This document shows positions 60,713 to 64,000 of a stretch of 64,000 nucleotides of DNA, piece by piece (the stretch's first letter is position 1; each line of letters begins with the position of its first letter). The position numbers were made by a program, and so were the translations under genes. The stretch comes from Lama glama (lineage: Eukaryota): positions 100,504,001 through 100,568,000 of the forward strand of contig CM052816.1 of NCBI GenBank assembly GCA_028534125.1, read 5' to 3'. The notes beneath the pieces were generated by a model. That model had not been told where the DNA came from. It worked only from the letters and a program-made list of their open reading frames with translations, and did no database searches.

Positions 60713-63122
60713 GCCGCCTCGGAGAGCCCTCTGTGTCCCTGGTTGGCTGTGTGTGCTGCTCCCAGGCCAACTCTGAACAGCAGACTTCCTGAACAAAGCT
60801 ATCAACACCACACAGTAATTTTCTAGAAAGCCGCTTGGCTCCTCTCCAGAGCTGGCCTCACATCTTGTCCTCATATTTCCTGAGGTGCGATGAGACTGAC
60901 TTCAGCGTCTACGTACATGCTGTTGTCGCCCCACACAGCCCCCTGGGCATCTGCCCGCTCCCCCGGGGCCGGCTCTGCCCTGGCCATGGAGGTGGGTGAC
61001 GGGGCAGCACCTGCACAGGAGAAAACCAGGCTGGCTTTTGTCCCTAAGCAGCTTCCTTCCTCCTTTTCTTCCTCCCTTCTTACATTCTTGGCCATATTTT
61101 GGAGACCCTAAACATTGCTAGAGGTAAAAGGGTGAATCAGGAGGAATCCCTGTTTCACGGGAAGTCGGGGTCTGCGTTCAGACTGTGTCGCACTATCTGG
61201 GCTTCTCCGTGTGCGGTGCTGGCTGCGGCTGAAACCCAGCTCCCCGGAGGTGTCACCCTGCCGGGTGCGGACTTGTTCTTCTGAAGCAGCTTCTCAGAAG
61301 ACGGCCCCATCCTTCAGGGAGGAGCAGTCATCTTGCAAGTGCGGCGGGGTCCGTCTGATCGGACTCTCAGGGTCAAAGCCGTTTCCGCACTGGTTCTGGC
61401 AGGAGGGAGCTTCCCGTCCCTCAGGGCTCTGTCTCCAGCCTCCGTTAGTGGCTGTGCCTGCCTTTTCACACTCCACTTTGGTCGGACGGCTTTAAAACTC
61501 TCTGCTGTTCGGTGCTTTCCAGGTCCTCTGTGAGCGGTTGGTCAATGTCCTGGGCCACTTTCCTGCTGGGAGATTTCAACGTCTGGATCTGTGAGCACGT
61601 GGGGTGCGCTGCCCTCTCTCCACAGGACTAAAGGCCCAGCTTGCGCGTCGCGGCCTCCAGGAGCCAGGCCGGCCGGGCCCACGGGTGCTTCAGGCACCCA
61701 GGTGCTGAAGCGCTGCTCGGGGCACTTGGGACTCGGTGGTCAAAGGCCTTTGAGCCGTTGTGGGGAACAGGGCAGCTGACCGACAGCCGTGGGGCCTGGG
61801 ACAAGCACTGTGCTTTGGACCACTGAGACAGCCTTGCCCAAGTCTCGGTGACTAAGGAAGCCTCGCGGCTTGGACCCAACGTGGGTCAAGTTCAAGGGGG
61901 TCGAGCATGAGTAATGGGGAGAGGATGACTCCCGGCAGAGAACTTCTGGCAGGTCTGGGCTCTGGAGGTGCAGTGAGGGGCCGGTGGAAGCCAGCTCTGT
62001 GCTGAAGCTGCCGGGGCGAGACGGCGTGGCTCCCCGAGGACCCCCAACCCCCAGACACCTGCCCAGGCAGCAGGGGGGCGAGGCCCGTGGAGGCCCAGCC
62101 CAGAAGCCCAGCAAGGCCTCCGGGGGTCACCCTGGTCCTCGGTGGCAGAGGTGGCAAGTCAGGGGGTGCTCGCTGGGCCCAGACCACCTGCAGGGCACAG
62201 GCAGCTCACCCGGCACCCGCATCAGGGCCGCAGCCCAGGCAGCCGGCTCCCAGAGGGTGGGGCTGCGAACCTGCTGCCCAGGGGTTAGGGTGCCTTCCTT
62301 CCACGGGTCGTCATGCTGTCCACTCCCATGTCTTCGTGCTGCGCCCTGGAATCACAGACCTGAGACCCAGGGTTTCACAGGGGACTGCTGGCCACACTCC
62401 TGGCCCCCGTCTGTGTTGCGCACAGGCCCCTGTCATCTCAGGCACCTGAAGGTCAACCCTGGGGAGCAGGTGGGTGGCCCTCAGGGCGTCTGGTTATTTT
62501 CTAAAGAAATAGCCGGAGAGAACCTTTCAGGAAATGAATTTTACTATTTCAAAGCGCCAGTCAAATTTTGACTTTTGAAACAGACGTGTTTAAGGCCAAC
62601 TCGTCCTCTTTATTTCTGATTACTTTATAAACCTGCATGTATCTGAGTCTCCACACTCCTCACTCATATTTACGTCTGAAATATCTGGGCAATAGTATTT
62701 TTAACAATGGTTGTCACCACCTAATCTAACAAATAGAATTTTCCATCACAAAGGGACCCTGGAGGTTACTGGTCCAGCACGCCCAGAGCGGGGCTCCCTG
62801 ACTTCCACGCAGCTCTGCTGGGGGCTCACGGCTGCTCGGGGGAAGAGGCGTCTCCAGCGAGAACGGCAGGACACCGCCAGCACCGCTGTCCCTGGACGCA
62901 CCAGCACGTCACGGCTTGTGCTGAAGCTGAAGGTGTCACTGAAGAATCTGGACGTGAGAAACACTGCCTCTCCTTTCTTTCTGATAGCACGTCTGTCTGT
63001 CTGTCTGTCTGTCGTGCTCGTTGATCAGTCCATCTATCTCATCTTTGCCAAGCTTGAGAAACTGATCTGACTCCGGCATTTCATTTTCCAGAGCAAGACC
63101 TGTGGTCCCGAGGTCCAAATGC

Positions 63123-63240
63123 TTTTTTTTAAATTTTATCTATTTTGAGGGGGTAACTATGCTTATTTACTTATTTCTTGGTGGAGGTGCTGGGGATTGG
63201 ACCCAGGACCTCGTGCCTGCTAAGAACACACCCTCCCCCC
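63123..63240 (-). mobile_element. Vic-1-like tRNA-derived SINE (A-box segment deleted)
   Basis: T-run...gagggggtaactatgcttatttac...ggaggtgctggggattggacccaggacctcgtgc...ccctcccccc; imperfect TSD gtccaaatgctt / gtccagattctt. Confidence 0.8.
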
Positions 63241-64000
63241 CACAGTCCAGATTCTTGAATCAGGACGAGTTTGCTTTCAGTTCCTGTGCAAACCAGCTGG
63301 CAAGTTGGGGTGTGTGTCTATCAAGACCCCCCTTGAATGGAGGCAACTCCTGTTTCGTGATTGTGTTAGGAATCCCACAAGTCAGGCTGCACGTGAAACC
63401 TGTATCCTACTGGGCGTTCTTTCTTTCTGTACGTAAATCATCACCTTCTGCTCATAATGCACTGTGATCGTGTTGGGAGCATGTAGACACATTTCAGACA
63501 GAATTTTAATAGAAAGAGCAAAGTGTTACAACTCCTGGTAAAGCCCGTGTCGAGTGCTTACATGCGTTCAAGCTTCTTTTTGTTTGTACGTAGACCCGTC
63601 CTTACGTCGAAGCGGGAGGGACAGAGGAGTGGGGAGACAAGAGTGGAGAGGACGTGGGTAGAGGACAGAGCGGGGAGCCCCACGCGGGACAGCGCCTCCC
63701 AGGTCCTGGGCTCTCAGAGGGAGGGGTCTCGGGCGCAGATTCCAGAGGGCGTCTCTGCCACGTGTTCCGGGACAGTCACAGCAATGTCACTCCCTCCAGG
63801 GTCACGTCCGTAAGGCCTGGCTTTAAAATGTGCCTTCCACGTGGCCCTGGTCACCTTACATTGAGACTTTCATCCACAGTCGTTTCTCTTTTCCCGAAAA
63901 ATGGTATAAATCAGGTTATAACACGATCGGCCCCTTCCGTCAGGTGACTCTGAAGGGACAGTCCTCTGCGACCAGGCCTTTTTGGAAGATGTATTGGACT

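Overview
Mammalian genomic DNA, most likely camelid: three tRNA-derived SINEs resemble the camelid Vic-1 type, and several short L1 3' ends are of the artiodactyl/camelid type. I find no credible protein-coding gene, RNA gene or CRISPR array. The ORF track is almost all GC-rich noise. The only recognisable peptides are decayed L1 ORF2 and Tigger1 transposase. About 9-37.5 kb is a layered transposon graveyard: old L1M copies, a near full-length Tigger1 (30488-32811), an internally deleted Tigger1 (9281-9719) and a MER41-like solo LTR (22402-23015). There is a 500-N assembly gap at 25495-25994. The rest is GC/CpG-rich unique sequence with MaLR/ERVL LTR, MIR, L2 and hAT relics. It also holds several repeat-free AT-rich blocks dense in homeodomain, Pbx-Hox, Meis, Sox and TCF motifs, resembling the enhancers of a gene desert or long intron near a developmental regulator. 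The two most notable observations are (1) this candidate enhancer array and (2) a CpG island at ~45.9-46.8 kb that appears to be built from AT-rich L1 and SINE sequence by directional AT->GC substitution. I cannot support a wholly new biological system here. Repeat family names come from recalled consensus sequences, not from a search. Boundaries are approximate unless terminal repeats or TSDs are quoted.
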